64,000 nucleotides of DNA from Candidatus Nomurabacteria bacterium (GCA_963832025.1 CAWHSF010000003.1:79665-143664); one strand, 5' to 3'. Positions 6,743-17,164 are shown, counted from the first letter of the stretch. Numbers and translations are program-made. The notes: generated from the letters alone by a model not told the origin.

Positions 6743-9586
6743 TTAATTATGAATCTCAACCGAGCCTTCTGGGTAATTATAGAGCAGAATTCCATTTAAG
6801 TTGCCGATATTATTGCCATTTATATCATCCCAGATAAAACTAGCTTCTGAGCCTAAACCTTCTGATTCACCTATGCTTGTGTCTGCACTTGCTCCTGTAC
6901 CCAAAGTACCGGAAATATTTGCATGAATTTCAAAAGTCTTGGATTGACCAGCTCCAATTCTATAATGATTACCACTACTCCAAGTTTGGTCGCACTCATT
7001 TGTTGGAGTAGTGCCTGAGCAAGAAGAAGTAAGATTTGGAAGAGCAACTCCGTTAGTATCAGTAAGATTTATGGCAGTTATATTGGCTGTACTATTTGCA
7101 CCAGCATTAAGCGACGCGACTACTGGAATTTTAGCCAAGGCGATATCACCGGAAGTGTCAGCGGTCACAGTAAGTGTTCCAAGAAAAACTCTAGTTCCAG
7201 CCGTCAGAGTTACGTTTGAAGATGCTAAGGTTATATTAGGCTTCGAACCAACAAGTGTCATGAAAGGAGAAGCAACTGAAAGATTGTTTAGATATGCAAC
7301 ACTGCTACCAGAAGTATATTTTACAGTGGTGAGAATAATAAAGGCCGAACCAGAAGGAATACCATTTGGCCCAACTGGTGCATAAGAAATGTAAGCAACA
7401 ACATCTGCACCTCCCCCACTAGCAGGAACTGGAATATTTAAACCAGTAAGATATGCAGTACCTCCGACAGCTGGAGCGGTCACTCCATTAACCGTAACTG
7501 AAGTAACATTGCCGTTAACAGTGGCACCTATACCATTCGTAGCAAATTTCAGTTCAGTGATAGTTGAGGCACTACCATTTGAAGCAAAATTAAAATCAAC
7601 CTTCGCAGCATTCTGAGCCCCTACTGTATTTCCTACCGCAATATATTGAGAAGCAGTTGAGTTGCTTGAGACTATAATTGGAGAAGAGAGAACAGAAATT
7701 GTGGTAGTCGTTCCGGAAACAACATTGAACCCATTACTTGTGCCACAAATAGTTGTGCCGGTTTCACAAACTTTAACGGTATAATAACCTACCGCAAACG
7801 AGCTTGGAATTGCCACACTATATGAGGAACCCGAAACACCAGTCGCAAGAATTGTGTTTGTCATTGATTTATCAAAGTACGAAATGTCATATTTATGTGC
7901 GCTTGTAGGACAAACACCACCAGATAAACTAACTGGACAAGCTCCAAACTGAGCTATGGGTGTGATGTCTACCCAACTGATTGTGTGTGTTGAACCTTGT
8001 GCCCATTGTGCGCTACTAGTTGAGGAAGTAATGGTAATTGCTGGAGTCGTTGGCGTTGTTGTTAAAACATTCACTGTCGCAGAAGCACTAGCTGAAACGC
8101 CAGCACTATTTGTACAAGTAACAGAATAATTAGTTGTATTAGTTAAAGTTCCGGTATTAATAGTACCGGACAAACTGTTGGCTCCATTCCAACTATTGTA
8201 ACAAGAAGTTGCATTTGTAGAATTCCAAGTCAAAGTGCTTGAACTACCGTAGGCTATACTCGTTGGATTAGCAACTAAAGTTATAGTTGGAGCTTGGGTT
8301 GTCGTTCCACTGGTTACTGTAAATGACACTGAGTTGCTTGCACCGTTTGCATTTAGCACATATATAGAATAAGTTCCCGGTAATATATTTGTTTCAAAAT
8401 TACTTGAACAGGAAGAAGATTGTACTCCGGGACAACCGCCAGTTGGAATTGTCACTGTCATTGAACTATCATTTGTCACTTGCAAAGTACCATTGTTAAA
8501 ATAATTTGGACCTAATAATTGAGCTGAGGTGGAACCAGATAACCACACACCATATTGTTCACCACCAGTTAATCCCGAAAGAGAACTAAATCCACTACCA
8601 GTTATTGTAACTTGAGTTCCAGTCGGACCTGAGGCTGGAGACAGAGAACTGATAGTCACTGAAGAGGTTGTTGTTGTTGAAACTGGTGTCGTAAATGTTA
8701 CTCCATTCAAAACATTCTTTAATGCAGTAATATCAGCATTATTTACATCCGTGATGCCATTTGACCCCACACTACCGGCAGAAACCTGATCACCAAGATA
8801 AAATTCATAACAATTTCCATTTGTATAACCTGAATAGCTGTATCTATTAAATTCTGTTCCAGCAGCAGCGCTTCCAGCGGAAGTCCAGTTAAAAGGAACC
8901 CCATCAATAGTCGTCGTACCCATACCAGGTGTGCTATTATTTTGCGGATTCAAAGCTAGACATTGAGTTGCATTTAATTGTTGGGTATTTATACTCAAAT
9001 TCAGATATGCCCCATCGAAATCTGTGCTTGGGTATGAAGTTGCAGGAATCTCTACAGTAACTAGAGAAGTTGAATTTGCTAGTTCACCAATTCCATAATC
9101 ACCCAAGGGGTTATTGCTTGTACCTAGAGCACCATTACCCAATTTTTCTGTCCAAGTATTTGGATAGTTAAAACTAACTCCATAAGTACTGTTTGAATAA
9201 GTTTGTGTTGGTGAAACTGGAGTGACTGGTACTATAGGCAAAGGATGTGTTTTGTAATATTGAGTTGCGGCGGCGGCAGTAATTTTTCCATAAATACCGT
9301 CAATCTTGCCGACAGAAAAACCGGCGTTCTCTAGCATTTGTTGAAAGGCCAAAACAGCAGCTCCCCTTGCGCCAATTTGAAATGTCGGAGCAGAAGGAGT
9401 AGTACTACTGGAATTATTTTGCGTTGTAGTAGTCGAACAAGGCTGGCCTGTCAAATAGCTAAACTTATCTCCCGGGGCACAAGCTGAAGGAGTAGTAGGA
9501 GTTGTGCTACAAAGCTGACCGGTCGTGGTGCTATATGGACCAGCACCATTACAACCTGAATCATATGCACTTACCTTTGGAGCCAA
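6743..9586 (-). CDS. large secreted surface protein: Cys-motif repeats, peptidoglycan-binding (PG_binding_1-like) domain, IPT/TIG- and Ig-like beta-sandwich repeats
   Basis: 947-aa ORF. GARGAAVLAFQQMLENAGFSVGKIDGIYG resembles PG-binding; VTISSLSPASGPTGTQVTITGSGF is IPT-like. A signal-peptide-like ATG at 9648 (MKKHIVFSFRFCFIP...) is one nt out of frame across a T-run near 9588. Confidence 0.6.
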   Translation of the reverse strand: MAPKVSAYDSGCNGAGPYSTTTGQLCSTTPTTPSACAPGDKFSYLTGQPCSTTTTQNNSSSTTPSAPTFQIGARGAAVLAFQQMLENAGFSVGKIDGIYGKITAAAATQYYKTHPLPIVPVTPVSPTQTYSNSTYGVSFNYPNTWTEKLGNGALGTSNNPLGDYGIGELANSTSLVTVEIPATSYPSTDFDGAYLNLSINTQQLNATQCLALNPQNNSTPGMGTTTIDGVPFNWTSAGSAAAGTEFNRYSYSGYTNGNCYEFYLGDQVSAGSVGSNGITDVNNADITALKNVLNGVTFTTPVSTTTTSSVTISSLSPASGPTGTQVTITGSGFSSLSGLTGGEQYGVWLSGSTSAQLLGPNYFNNGTLQVTNDSSMTVTIPTGGCPGVQSSSCSSNFETNILPGTYSIYVLNANGASNSVSFTVTSGTTTQAPTITLVANPTSIAYGSSSTLTWNSTNATSCYNSWNGANSLSGTINTGTLTNTTNYSVTCTNSAGVSASASATVNVLTTTPTTPAITITSSTSSAQWAQGSTHTISWVDITPIAQFGACPVSLSGGVCPTSAHKYDISYFDKSMTNTILATGVSGSSYSVAIPSSFAVGYYTVKVCETGTTICGTSNGFNVVSGTTTTISVLSSPIIVSSNSTASQYIAVGNTVGAQNAAKVDFNFASNGSASTITELKFATNGIGATVNGNVTSVTVNGVTAPAVGGTAYLTGLNIPVPASGGGADVVAYISYAPVGPNGIPSGSAFIILTTVKYTSGSSVAYLNNLSVASPFMTLVGSKPNITLASSNVTLTAGTRVFLGTLTVTADTSGDIALAKIPVVASLNAGANSTANITAINLTDTNGVALPNLTSSCSGTTPTNECDQTWSSGNHYRIGAGQSKTFEIHANISGTLGTGASADTSIGESEGLGSEASFIWDDINGNNIGNLNGILLYNYPEGSVEIHN

Positions 9587-9687
9587 AAGAACTTAATAAA
9601 ATTAGGGATAAAACAAAAACGAAACGAAAACACAATGTGTTTTTTCATATATATAATGATATAACTCACACCTATGGTTGTCAAACC

Positions 9688-11454
9688 TCAGTGCTGATAA
9701 AATCCTCTCGCTTCAGAGTCTGGAAGCATGATTAGATTCACGTTTTTTGCTTTGCAAAGTTCAATAACCTTTTCGTCATTCACTGAACCACTTGTAGAAA
9801 AAATAGTTTTGATTCCGCGATTAATCAAAACTTCCGGCGCGTCGGGAAAAGGAAAAAAACTATCGCTGTAAGCAACAGCGTTTTCTAGGTCTGCTGTTTC
9901 TTCAAGAGGCAGAAGCAAATTTTTCAGCTTTCCTCCATCCTCCGGATGGACCCTTCCGCTAGAAAAATTTGCTTCTGCCTCTTTTCGAAATTTAGCTGCA
10001 TCATCTGCACGAAAAATAGCAAGCTTGGCGGCGCCGACACGATCTTGCTGTCCGACACCGTTTCCATATAGCCTACCTTCTTTGACGATAGTTATCGTGT
10101 TACTATTTGAGGTGCATCCAATGGCCCAAGCTAAAATAACGTCTTTCAAGATATTCTCAGGCACACCCGCCGTCGCTAAAGCTATGTCGGGTAAGAAAGT
10201 ATAGTTTGGCTGGGTTAAAAATCCGCCCCGCACATAACGAATTCTGGAAGTTAAGTCCAAGGAAGACAATCCTGCTTTTTCAATTACCGGATTTACCAAA
10301 ATTCTACACTTTCCTTTTTTGCGAGACAAAATTTCCACAGCTTCGGCAGAAAATGAAGGTGCGGCGACAATGTCTAGTAAACGTCTCCCCTCACCTGCAT
10401 ATTTATGGATAAGTTCTTCCGCAATTTTTTCGTCAACATTAAAATTCAACATAACTGAACCACCGAAAATTGCGCGCAAATCACCCAAGAGCATTCTATC
10501 TATTGCTAGAGTCGCCTCGGCTGTGTGTTTTTCTGAAGGAGTGGCTGAGCGGAGCGAGGTACCGAGCGACTGAGGAAAAACATCAGCCGAGGCGACCCCC
10601 ACTCCGCAAGCGTTCCCATGTTTGGCGCCGATAGCAACATGTGGAACTTTCGCAAAATTCTTCTCAAAACCAGCACCAACGTGCGTCATCGTTTGCATCA
10701 TTCGGTCTATATCACAAATATTGTTGTAAGAAAGCGGACTGCCAGCCACGAGTTGCCAGTTATGAATTGCCAAAGGGTCATTTTTTATATTTAAATTTTC
10801 GTAAAGACTCGCTGGTTTTTGATAAGCATTTTCTCCGTAGGCGCATTCTAATTTTTTCTGACCCAAAACACCACGATATTCTCCACCACTATGATACTTA
10901 CCAGAAAGCAAACAATATCTTGAGACAATTATTTCCGCTTTGGCGGCTAAATTATTTAAAAATTCTTCGCGATCGGGTTCACCATTTTTTAGCCATTCAA
11001 TCACTTTCGTTCTATCTGCCGGATCGCAAATAGTTATACGTCTGCCTTTCGCCGCCGAACGAAGCATTGTCGGACCGCCGATATCTGTTTTTTCTATCAC
11101 TGACTCTCGTGTTGCATTTGGATTTTTCGTTTCTTCTTCTAGTGGATACAAATCACAGCAGACCAAATCAATCCAAGGTATCTTATATTTTTCTAGTTCT
11201 GCTAAATGTTCCGGAGTATCGAGCGCTAAAAGTCCGCCGTGAATTTTCGGATGCAAGGTCACAACCCGATGGCTCAAAACAGCCGGAAAGCCAGTAATCT
11301 CTGCGACATCAGTAACCGGCACTCCAGCTTCGGATAAATATTTTGCGGTACCACCGGAAGAAATTATTTTCCAACCTAAAGTAACTAAATTTTCGGCAAA
11401 TTCTTTTATACCTGTTTTATCATATACGGAAATGAGAGCTATTTTTTGTTTCAT
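9688..11454 (-). CDS. purH: bifunctional AICAR transformylase / IMP cyclohydrolase
   Basis: MGS-like N-terminus KIALISVYDKTGI...SSGGTAKYL, AICARFT blocks DIGGPTMLRSAAKG and HGNACGV. Start taken at the internal Met (MKQKIAL). Confidence 0.9.
   Translation of the reverse strand: MKQKIALISVYDKTGIKEFAENLVTLGWKIISSGGTAKYLSEAGVPVTDVAEITGFPAVLSHRVVTLHPKIHGGLLALDTPEHLAELEKYKIPWIDLVCCDLYPLEEETKNPNATRESVIEKTDIGGPTMLRSAAKGRRITICDPADRTKVIEWLKNGEPDREEFLNNLAAKAEIIVSRYCLLSGKYHSGGEYRGVLGQKKLECAYGENAYQKPASLYENLNIKNDPLAIHNWQLVAGSPLSYNNICDIDRMMQTMTHVGAGFEKNFAKVPHVAIGAKHGNACGVGVASADVFPQSLGTSLRSATPSEKHTAEATLAIDRMLLGDLRAIFGGSVMLNFNVDEKIAEELIHKYAGEGRRLLDIVAAPSFSAEAVEILSRKKGKCRILVNPVIEKAGLSSLDLTSRIRYVRGGFLTQPNYTFLPDIALATAGVPENILKDVILAWAIGCTSNSNTITIVKEGRLYGNGVGQQDRVGAAKLAIFRADDAAKFRKEAEANFSSGRVHPEDGGKLKNLLLPLEETADLENAVAYSDSFFPFPDAPEVLINRGIKTIFSTSGSVNDEKVIELCKAKNVNLIMLPDSEARGFYQH
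10511..10596. repeat. ~86-nt palindromic element inside purH (GTCGCC...GGCGAC family)
   Basis: Perfect 13-bp termini gtcgcctcggctg / cagccgaggcgac. Encodes ~29 extra residues, ASADVFPQSLGTSLRSATPSEKHTAEATL. Confidence 0.75.
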
Positions 11455-11461
11455 AAAAAAT

Positions 11462-11485
11462 AAAAATACCCGTACGGGTATTTTT
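11462..11485. terminator. bidirectional hairpin terminator downstream of rplL
   Basis: aaaaatacccgtacgggtattttt. Confidence 0.5.
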
Positions 11486-11617
11486 ATTTTAGTACTTTCA
11501 GCGTATGAAAGCAATTATTGTTTTATTTCAACTCCACTTTGGCTACACGTAAATTTCTGCTGAAATTTCGCGCAGCCCCGCCTCAGCGCCGTCGCGCTTC
11601 CGGCCGAAAAATTGAAC

Positions 11618-11986
11618 CTATTTTAGTTCAATTTTTCCTCCAGCTGCTTCTACCTTTTTCTTCAAATCTTCAGCTTCCGCTTTCTTCATTCCGTCTTTCA
11701 ATGTCGAAGGAGCGGCATCAACTAAGTCTTTTGCATCTTTCAAGCCAAGACCGAGAGCTTCTTTGACTACTTTCATTACCGCAATTTTTTGTTCACCAGC
11801 TGAAGCGAGAACAACAGTAAATGCGTCTTTTTCTTCAGTTGCATCGGCAGCTCCAGCAGCAGGACCTGCAACTGCGACAGCCGCAGCGGATACTCCGAAT
11901 TTTTCTTCCAAAGCTTTTACCAAAGCGTGAAGGTCGGCAACGGACATTGTTTCTATTTGTTTTATAAGATCTGCAAATTTTTCCAT
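11618..11986 (-). CDS. rplL: 50S ribosomal protein L7/L12
   Basis: 122 aa with Ala-rich hinge and C-terminal [19 protein letters not shown]...[14 protein letters not shown]. Confidence 0.95.
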   Translation of the reverse strand: MEKFADLIKQIETMSVADLHALVKALEEKFGVSAAAVAVAGPAAGAADATEEKDAFTVVLASAGEQKIAVMKVVKEALGLGLKDAKDLVDAAPSTLKDGMKKAEAEDLKKKVEAAGGKIELK

Positions 11987-12006
11987 AAAATTTTATAATT
12001 TAATTA

Positions 12007-12489
12007 TTAATTTTTCGACTGTGCTATTTGGTCCAAGACAACCGCGAAACGTTGGATTGGAGAATTGATAAGATTGACGAACTGCGCATAGAGAACTTCA
12101 CGACTTGGAATCATCGCTATTTCCATCATCGCCTCTTTACCAAGAAATTTTCCATCAAAAATTCCTCCGATAATTTCCAAAATTCCTTTATGGGTTTTTT
12201 GAAAATTATAAATTTCTCGAGCAGAAGATGTGGCATCCTTAGAATATGCGACAGCAACTTCACCGGAAAGCTCAGGAATTTCTCCCGCCGCTTTGCCCGT
12301 AAGTGCGCGCTTGAGCAAAGTTTTTCGGCCAACTTTATAGCTGACACCCTGCCCTCGTAAAGCACTTCGTAGACTAGTCTCATCGCTTACTTTTAAACCA
12401 TGGAAATTTACAAAGACCATTGATTCAGAACCTTTTATAGCCCCCTCAAAGTCTTTTATCATTTCTTCTTTTTTTGATTTTTGTAACAT
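12007..12489 (-). CDS. rplJ: 50S ribosomal protein L10
   Basis: Directly upstream of rplL. L10-like sequence starts at the internal Met (MLQKSKKEEMI...); residues upstream of it are leader sequence. Confidence 0.85.
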   Translation of the reverse strand: MLQKSKKEEMIKDFEGAIKGSESMVFVNFHGLKVSDETSLRSALRGQGVSYKVGRKTLLKRALTGKAAGEIPELSGEVAVAYSKDATSSAREIYNFQKTHKGILEIIGGIFDGKFLGKEAMMEIAMIPSREVLYAQFVNLINSPIQRFAVVLDQIAQSKN

Positions 12490-12658
12490 AATTTTTTCTA
12501 TTTTTCCAATAAAAAAACGGCTTTCGCCGCAAGCTTGTCCCGCCTCTGGAGGATTTTCATCCAACAATAAACGGAATATCGACCCACTAAATAGGACTTA
12601 TTGTTTGCCTATCTTCTCTGCGGTAAATACAATATAGCACAAATTTACTACTTTGCAA
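12490..12658 (-). promoter_or_regulatory. rplJL promoter plus ~135-nt leader (possible L10 autoregulatory leader)
   Basis: Minus-sense TTGCAA (12653-12658), 16-nt spacer, TATATT (12631-12636). Followed by a long untranslated, partly GC-rich leader. Confidence 0.4.
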
Positions 12659-12785
12659 CCTGAACGGAATTTGTCGTGGCCGATGCTCCATTTTGTTCAA
12701 GATAATTCACTAAGATAACCCCAGCCATCCCGAAAACAATTATCACCAGAAAAAGAAATAGCGCTTTTAAAAAGTGTTTAACCAT
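12648..12785 (-). CDS. possible small membrane protein (45 aa)
   Basis: MVKHFLKALFLFLVIIVFGMAGVILVNYLEQ... has one TM helix. TATAAT (12795-12800, minus sense) lies 9 nt upstream of the ATG. Below the ORF-track size cutoff. Confidence 0.3.
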   Translation of the reverse strand: MVKHFLKALFLFLVIIVFGMAGVILVNYLEQNGASATTNSVQVAK

Positions 12786-12810
12786 CGTGTTTTCATTATA
12801 GCATAAGAGC

Positions 12811-12846
12811 CCTGTGGAAAAACCTCCAGACGTTGGACGTCTGGAG
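12811..12846. repeat. GTGGAAAAACC flank plus 23-nt palindrome ctccagacgttggacgtctggag (12824-12846)
   Basis: Core family member, also seen at 17177, 20219, 21729, 22213, 32351 and 35289. Confidence 0.9.
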
Positions 12847-12847
12847 T

Positions 12848-15800
12848 CTAACTCGGAATACTCACATTGATTACGTAAGGAGAAAGGTAATCATCGTATT
12901 CATTGCCTAGAGTATCTTGGATATGAACTTTCAAACGAAACGTTCCGTTTTGTAACAGTCCCCCTTTTGACAAAATACCGTCCCAAGTCTTGGTGCAAGT
13001 ATTAGTGCCATCAACACAACCGGCTCCGGATTGAAATAATTTATAAATACTTGCATCGTCTACGTTTTCAATTTTAACAGACATCCAATTTACATTTTCA
13101 TTCGCGGACAAAAAAAGTGTTAGGTTGTTTGTTAAGGGATTAGTTGTTATATCTCCTGCGATATTGTTGAATGTATAGCTGGTGATTAAAGGTGAGGAAA
13201 CTTGAGCAGGTGGAGACGGAGGATTAGGATTTGGGGCGACTGTTACTGTTACAATATAATTTTGTGTAGAATTATCTTCCGCGGTTACTGTATAAGTGAC
13301 CGGGCTGGTAAAATTCTGAGCTGTTATATTACTCGGACTGATTGAAGCCTTATCGGAAATTGTAATCGTGGGTACCAAAGACGTCACGTCAGTTCCATAC
13401 GGAACGGTCAAAGAAATAGTGTGATTACTTTCATCGACAACACCGACAATACTTGGATTTGAGCCCAAAAAATTAAAAGAGGAAATTATTTTAGCAGAAC
13501 TAAATTGCGGAACTGATTCATTTACAATATAAACAGTTCCGTCGCCACTTTTTATGCCATTTCCGTTAGTACCACTTGCCACAGTTGTGCCTGTAAATGA
13601 TGATGTTTGATAATAAATAGCGATTCTTCCTCCGCCACCTGGACCATAACATATATACGGACAAAATAGCCCTCCACCATTCGCTTGAAAACTTCCTGCA
13701 CCACTCAAGGTATTTGTCGTTATATAAATACTTCCACCACTTGAGGTATTGGCTCCATTGGCTGAGATTGTGCCATTGTTTATAATTGAATTAGCAATAA
13801 ATCGTATGGCGCCTCCTCCTGCGGCATGAGATCCATTACCTCCGCTACCTAAATCTGTCGGCATAGTAGAAGAACCGTATGTCGATGTCGAAGTGTTTAA
13901 ATATCCTACTCCACCATAACTCGCCCCGGCATAATATGGATTAGGATTATTTGGGTCGTAAACAGCCGTAGGAGCTCCGGGTCCAGCAGCTACTCCATAA
14001 CCTTTTGCATCAGCAGAAATGAATGAACCAGAATCAACATTAATATTCTGGATTGCTAAAGAAATCGTTTGCCCCGGAATAATAGAAAGAGAAGAATTTC
14101 CAACCACACTTAAATAACTAGATGTAATTTGTTCGGTACCTGAGAGAGTTAAAGTAGAATTTCTGTTCACCATCAACGTCGGAGCATTTAGTATCTCGCC
14201 TTTTGCTAAAGTAAAAGATGAATTTTGATCAACAATAAAATTATTTTTAGCTGTGATGGTCACCCCATCTTCCGATGTAACTACGGCACCATTTGAAATA
14301 TAAATATCATTGAATAAGAATGGTGCATCTGCTTGAAGAAATTTCCACGATGAACCAGTCAAGAAAAGGTCATCTGTTGATTCATTAAAAAGACCGACGG
14401 TGCCACTTTGCCCGCAAGATTCCGTGTAGCTATCATAACTCCCACATCCTCCTTTCGCATCTATCGTTCCACTGAAATTTGAATTTTGATAATGAACAGC
14501 TATTCGTCCTCCGCCTCCGGGACTTTTGAAATAACCCGATGCCAGAAGATTGCCACCATTCGCATGCACAACACCATTTCCTGTTATGTCATCTGCATTT
14601 ATATAGATACTGCCACCACTACTTGAAGTATTTCCATCGGCAGAAATAATTCCATTGTCAGTAAGAGCACCAGAGACTGCAAGATAGATAGCTCCCCCGC
14701 CACTCGATGCGCCTCCACTTCCTAAATCCATCGGCTTGGTGGCTGAGCCATATGTCGTAGAATAAGAAACACCGCTAAAACTAAATCCACCGTAACTCGC
14801 CCCGACAGAATATTCGGAAGAGATTCCGGGTCCGCTATTTTGACCATATCCTTGTCCATTGGCAGAAATAGAAGAACCAGGATCAATAGTAATATTCTGT
14901 GCATTGATTTTTACTCCCTTGAAAGAATTTGAGGAATTTGGATCACCCTGTAATGTTAAAGTTGCATTATTGGTGATTACCAAGTCTTCATAAGTATATT
15001 CTCCTGAAACCAAAGTAGTATTTTGATCTATTGTTGTAATATCGTGTGAAGGCTGTGGATTTGTTGGTGGAGTATTAGTATCGGAACCTGAGTCCGATGG
15101 TGGATTGGTCGTCGATCCATTTTGATCTGCTGGGTTCTGGTCTGTGCCGGAAGAAGTATTTGACGAGGAATTGTCAGGAGAAGAGTCTGTGGAATTTGAA
15201 GAACTATCATCTGTCGATGATGTATTTTGTGCTGATTGGGGATTTCCTGTTGTTGTTCCAGTAATTGTTCCAGGATTATCTTCCGGAATAGACGTCGTAA
15301 TTTCTCCTCCACCTCCTTTGCCGATAAATGAAGGAAAAGAAGAAACAGGCGGAGCTAATGAGATAATATTTCCGGTGGAAGTATCCTGAAGTGCGGGAGG
15401 TTGTTCGGCTGATGGAGAATTTACTGTTGTATCATTTGTAGTAGGGCTACTCGGCGGCGTCATTTGATTAAGCGCATTTATCGCGTCCCCACTATCATTA
15501 ACCGCTAAATTATTTATATCGTTTGCAGCCGGAGCAAAAAAAGAAGAAACGGAAGAAATTGCCGAACCGGTAATATTTGCAGTTGTATTGCCTACAGCAA
15601 CAGCAACACTACTCACACCATTGGCTACATAAACGAGAGCATCTTGTGCTGTAATTGTCACAGGGTCGAGAATAGACAAAACAGTACCTTGAATTTTCTG
15701 CGCTAGGGTTAATTTCGGGGGGTTGATACAAAGAGAATTTTCATCTTGAATATTATTATTTTTTAATTTATTTAAAGAAGTTTTTATATCAGACACAATT

Positions 15801-16489
15801 CGGTCACCCTCATAGTTTAAATAAATTTTTAAAAAATCGTGTCCCATTCCACCATCGTCGCTACTTTTAAAATCTATATGCACATTGGGTTTTAAAATAT
15901 TTGTAAAAGGTGCCTTAGCTACGGCCCCAGCAATTACATTATCTGTATCGGAAGTTAAATACAAACCATCTCCAGCCACATGAGTGGCTGGAGATGCCAG
16001 ACTATAAACACCAATAGACTCACTCGGAACGCCACCGGACATATCAGCAACAGCATCATAGAAAGTGTTAGCATAGAAATTTCCCTGTGAATGCCCAACA
16101 AGTAAAAGTTTTTGCGTAGCCACTTTAGTACTTGCATCCGTAAGCATTTGAGCAAAATCTGAATCCTGCACATCAAACGAATTTTGGTCGAAATATTTTT
16201 GCAAAACAGAATCCAAAGAATCGATAATCACACCGTGAGTCGGATTGAGAACATAATCAACGATAAGTGGTTGGTTGTTGTAAGTTGTATTATTAAGTTT
16301 CCTCGCAAGAGCAATCGAATTGTCTCTTGCTCCTGCATCATATGTTAATACGCCATTTACTGTTAATATTGTATATCCGCTTTTTGAACATTGATTGTAT
16401 GCTAGAGACAATTTTGGAATAAAAAATAAAACAAGAAACATTAAACAACTAATAACTTTGCCATATTTTTTTATTAAATTATTTATCAT
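12848..16489 (-). CDS. 1213-aa secreted protein: signal peptide, lipase-like alpha/beta-hydrolase domain, low-complexity linker, duplicated Gly-rich beta-helix module, Ig-like domains
   Basis: Nucleophile-elbow LLLVGHSQGNFY. S/T/N/P-rich stretch. Two paralogous ~150-aa modules (GYG..SGPG...ASYGG...DLGSGG...GGGAI...SSGGSIYI...GGGGRIA..YQ). Stop abuts the repeat at 12846. Confidence 0.6.
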   Translation of the reverse strand: MINNLIKKYGKVISCLMFLVLFFIPKLSLAYNQCSKSGYTILTVNGVLTYDAGARDNSIALARKLNNTTYNNQPLIVDYVLNPTHGVIIDSLDSVLQKYFDQNSFDVQDSDFAQMLTDASTKVATQKLLLVGHSQGNFYANTFYDAVADMSGGVPSESIGVYSLASPATHVAGDGLYLTSDTDNVIAGAVAKAPFTNILKPNVHIDFKSSDDGGMGHDFLKIYLNYEGDRIVSDIKTSLNKLKNNNIQDENSLCINPPKLTLAQKIQGTVLSILDPVTITAQDALVYVANGVSSVAVAVGNTTANITGSAISSVSSFFAPAANDINNLAVNDSGDAINALNQMTPPSSPTTNDTTVNSPSAEQPPALQDTSTGNIISLAPPVSSFPSFIGKGGGGEITTSIPEDNPGTITGTTTGNPQSAQNTSSTDDSSSNSTDSSPDNSSSNTSSGTDQNPADQNGSTTNPPSDSGSDTNTPPTNPQPSHDITTIDQNTTLVSGEYTYEDLVITNNATLTLQGDPNSSNSFKGVKINAQNITIDPGSSISANGQGYGQNSGPGISSEYSVGASYGGFSFSGVSYSTTYGSATKPMDLGSGGASSGGGAIYLAVSGALTDNGIISADGNTSSSGGSIYINADDITGNGVVHANGGNLLASGYFKSPGGGGRIAVHYQNSNFSGTIDAKGGCGSYDSYTESCGQSGTVGLFNESTDDLFLTGSSWKFLQADAPFLFNDIYISNGAVVTSEDGVTITAKNNFIVDQNSSFTLAKGEILNAPTLMVNRNSTLTLSGTEQITSSYLSVVGNSSLSIIPGQTISLAIQNINVDSGSFISADAKGYGVAAGPGAPTAVYDPNNPNPYYAGASYGGVGYLNTSTSTYGSSTMPTDLGSGGNGSHAAGGGAIRFIANSIINNGTISANGANTSSGGSIYITTNTLSGAGSFQANGGGLFCPYICYGPGGGGRIAIYYQTSSFTGTTVASGTNGNGIKSGDGTVYIVNESVPQFSSAKIISSFNFLGSNPSIVGVVDESNHTISLTVPYGTDVTSLVPTITISDKASISPSNITAQNFTSPVTYTVTAEDNSTQNYIVTVTVAPNPNPPSPPAQVSSPLITSYTFNNIAGDITTNPLTNNLTLFLSANENVNWMSVKIENVDDASIYKLFQSGAGCVDGTNTCTKTWDGILSKGGLLQNGTFRLKVHIQDTLGNEYDDYLSPYVINVSIPS

Positions 16490-16498
16490 TTTTTTACT

Positions 16499-17032
16499 TT
16501 AGTTTGGTAAAGTTTTTAAATTCACATCACAACCATGTTGTAATTCAAAACTTTCTATTAGATTGTCAAAATTTGTTTTTATGTATTTTCTCTTTGTTGT
16601 ATTTAGCTGTTTATTGTCAACAAAAGTAATATATGCTTGAATCTTTTGGATATCATCATTACTTTTAGGAACAATTTCCCCAACACAATCAAACGCTCTG
16701 GAATATTCTTCTCCTGCAATTACCGTTGCTATTTGCTTGTTGACAACTGGCTCTGTTTCTTCGGTTTGTAATAAAAGTGCATACTGCAAAAGTACTGCTC
16801 TGGTTTTGGCAGAATCGGGATACGCATTGAAAATCGCAAGTTCCACGTCATCGCGAATGCCATTGTCATTTGCATCAACCCCAGCAATCGTCTGGTCGGC
16901 CAAGGTTCCAGGGTCAGGTGGCAGATTTGTGCCTATCACGTCGTCCAAGGTGAGTTTGGTATTATGGATTTTTTCCACTTCCTGCATTTGTCTTGGCATC
17001 ATTTTTGGATTTAATAAAAAGATAAACTCCAC
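16499..17032 (-). CDS. hypothetical protein; probably membrane-anchored if joined to an upstream out-of-frame segment
   Basis: 177-aa ORF. An ATG at 17132 opens a TM-helix segment (MEKIKIFFTRKIFKILMWAFLILVGLYLVLG...) that is out of frame across an A-run near 17005. Confidence 0.5.
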   Translation of the reverse strand: MEFIFLLNPKMMPRQMQEVEKIHNTKLTLDDVIGTNLPPDPGTLADQTIAGVDANDNGIRDDVELAIFNAYPDSAKTRAVLLQYALLLQTEETEPVVNKQIATVIAGEEYSRAFDCVGEIVPKSNDDIQKIQAYITFVDNKQLNTTKRKYIKTNFDNLIESFELQHGCDVNLKTLPN

Positions 17033-17164
17033 GAGCGATACCTAGGACAAGATACAGCCCGACTAAAATCAAAAAAGCCCACATTAATATTTTAAAAATT
17101 TTGCGCGTAAAAAATATTTTTATTTTTTCCATTATTAAATTGTATGCCGAAGATAAAATTGCAG

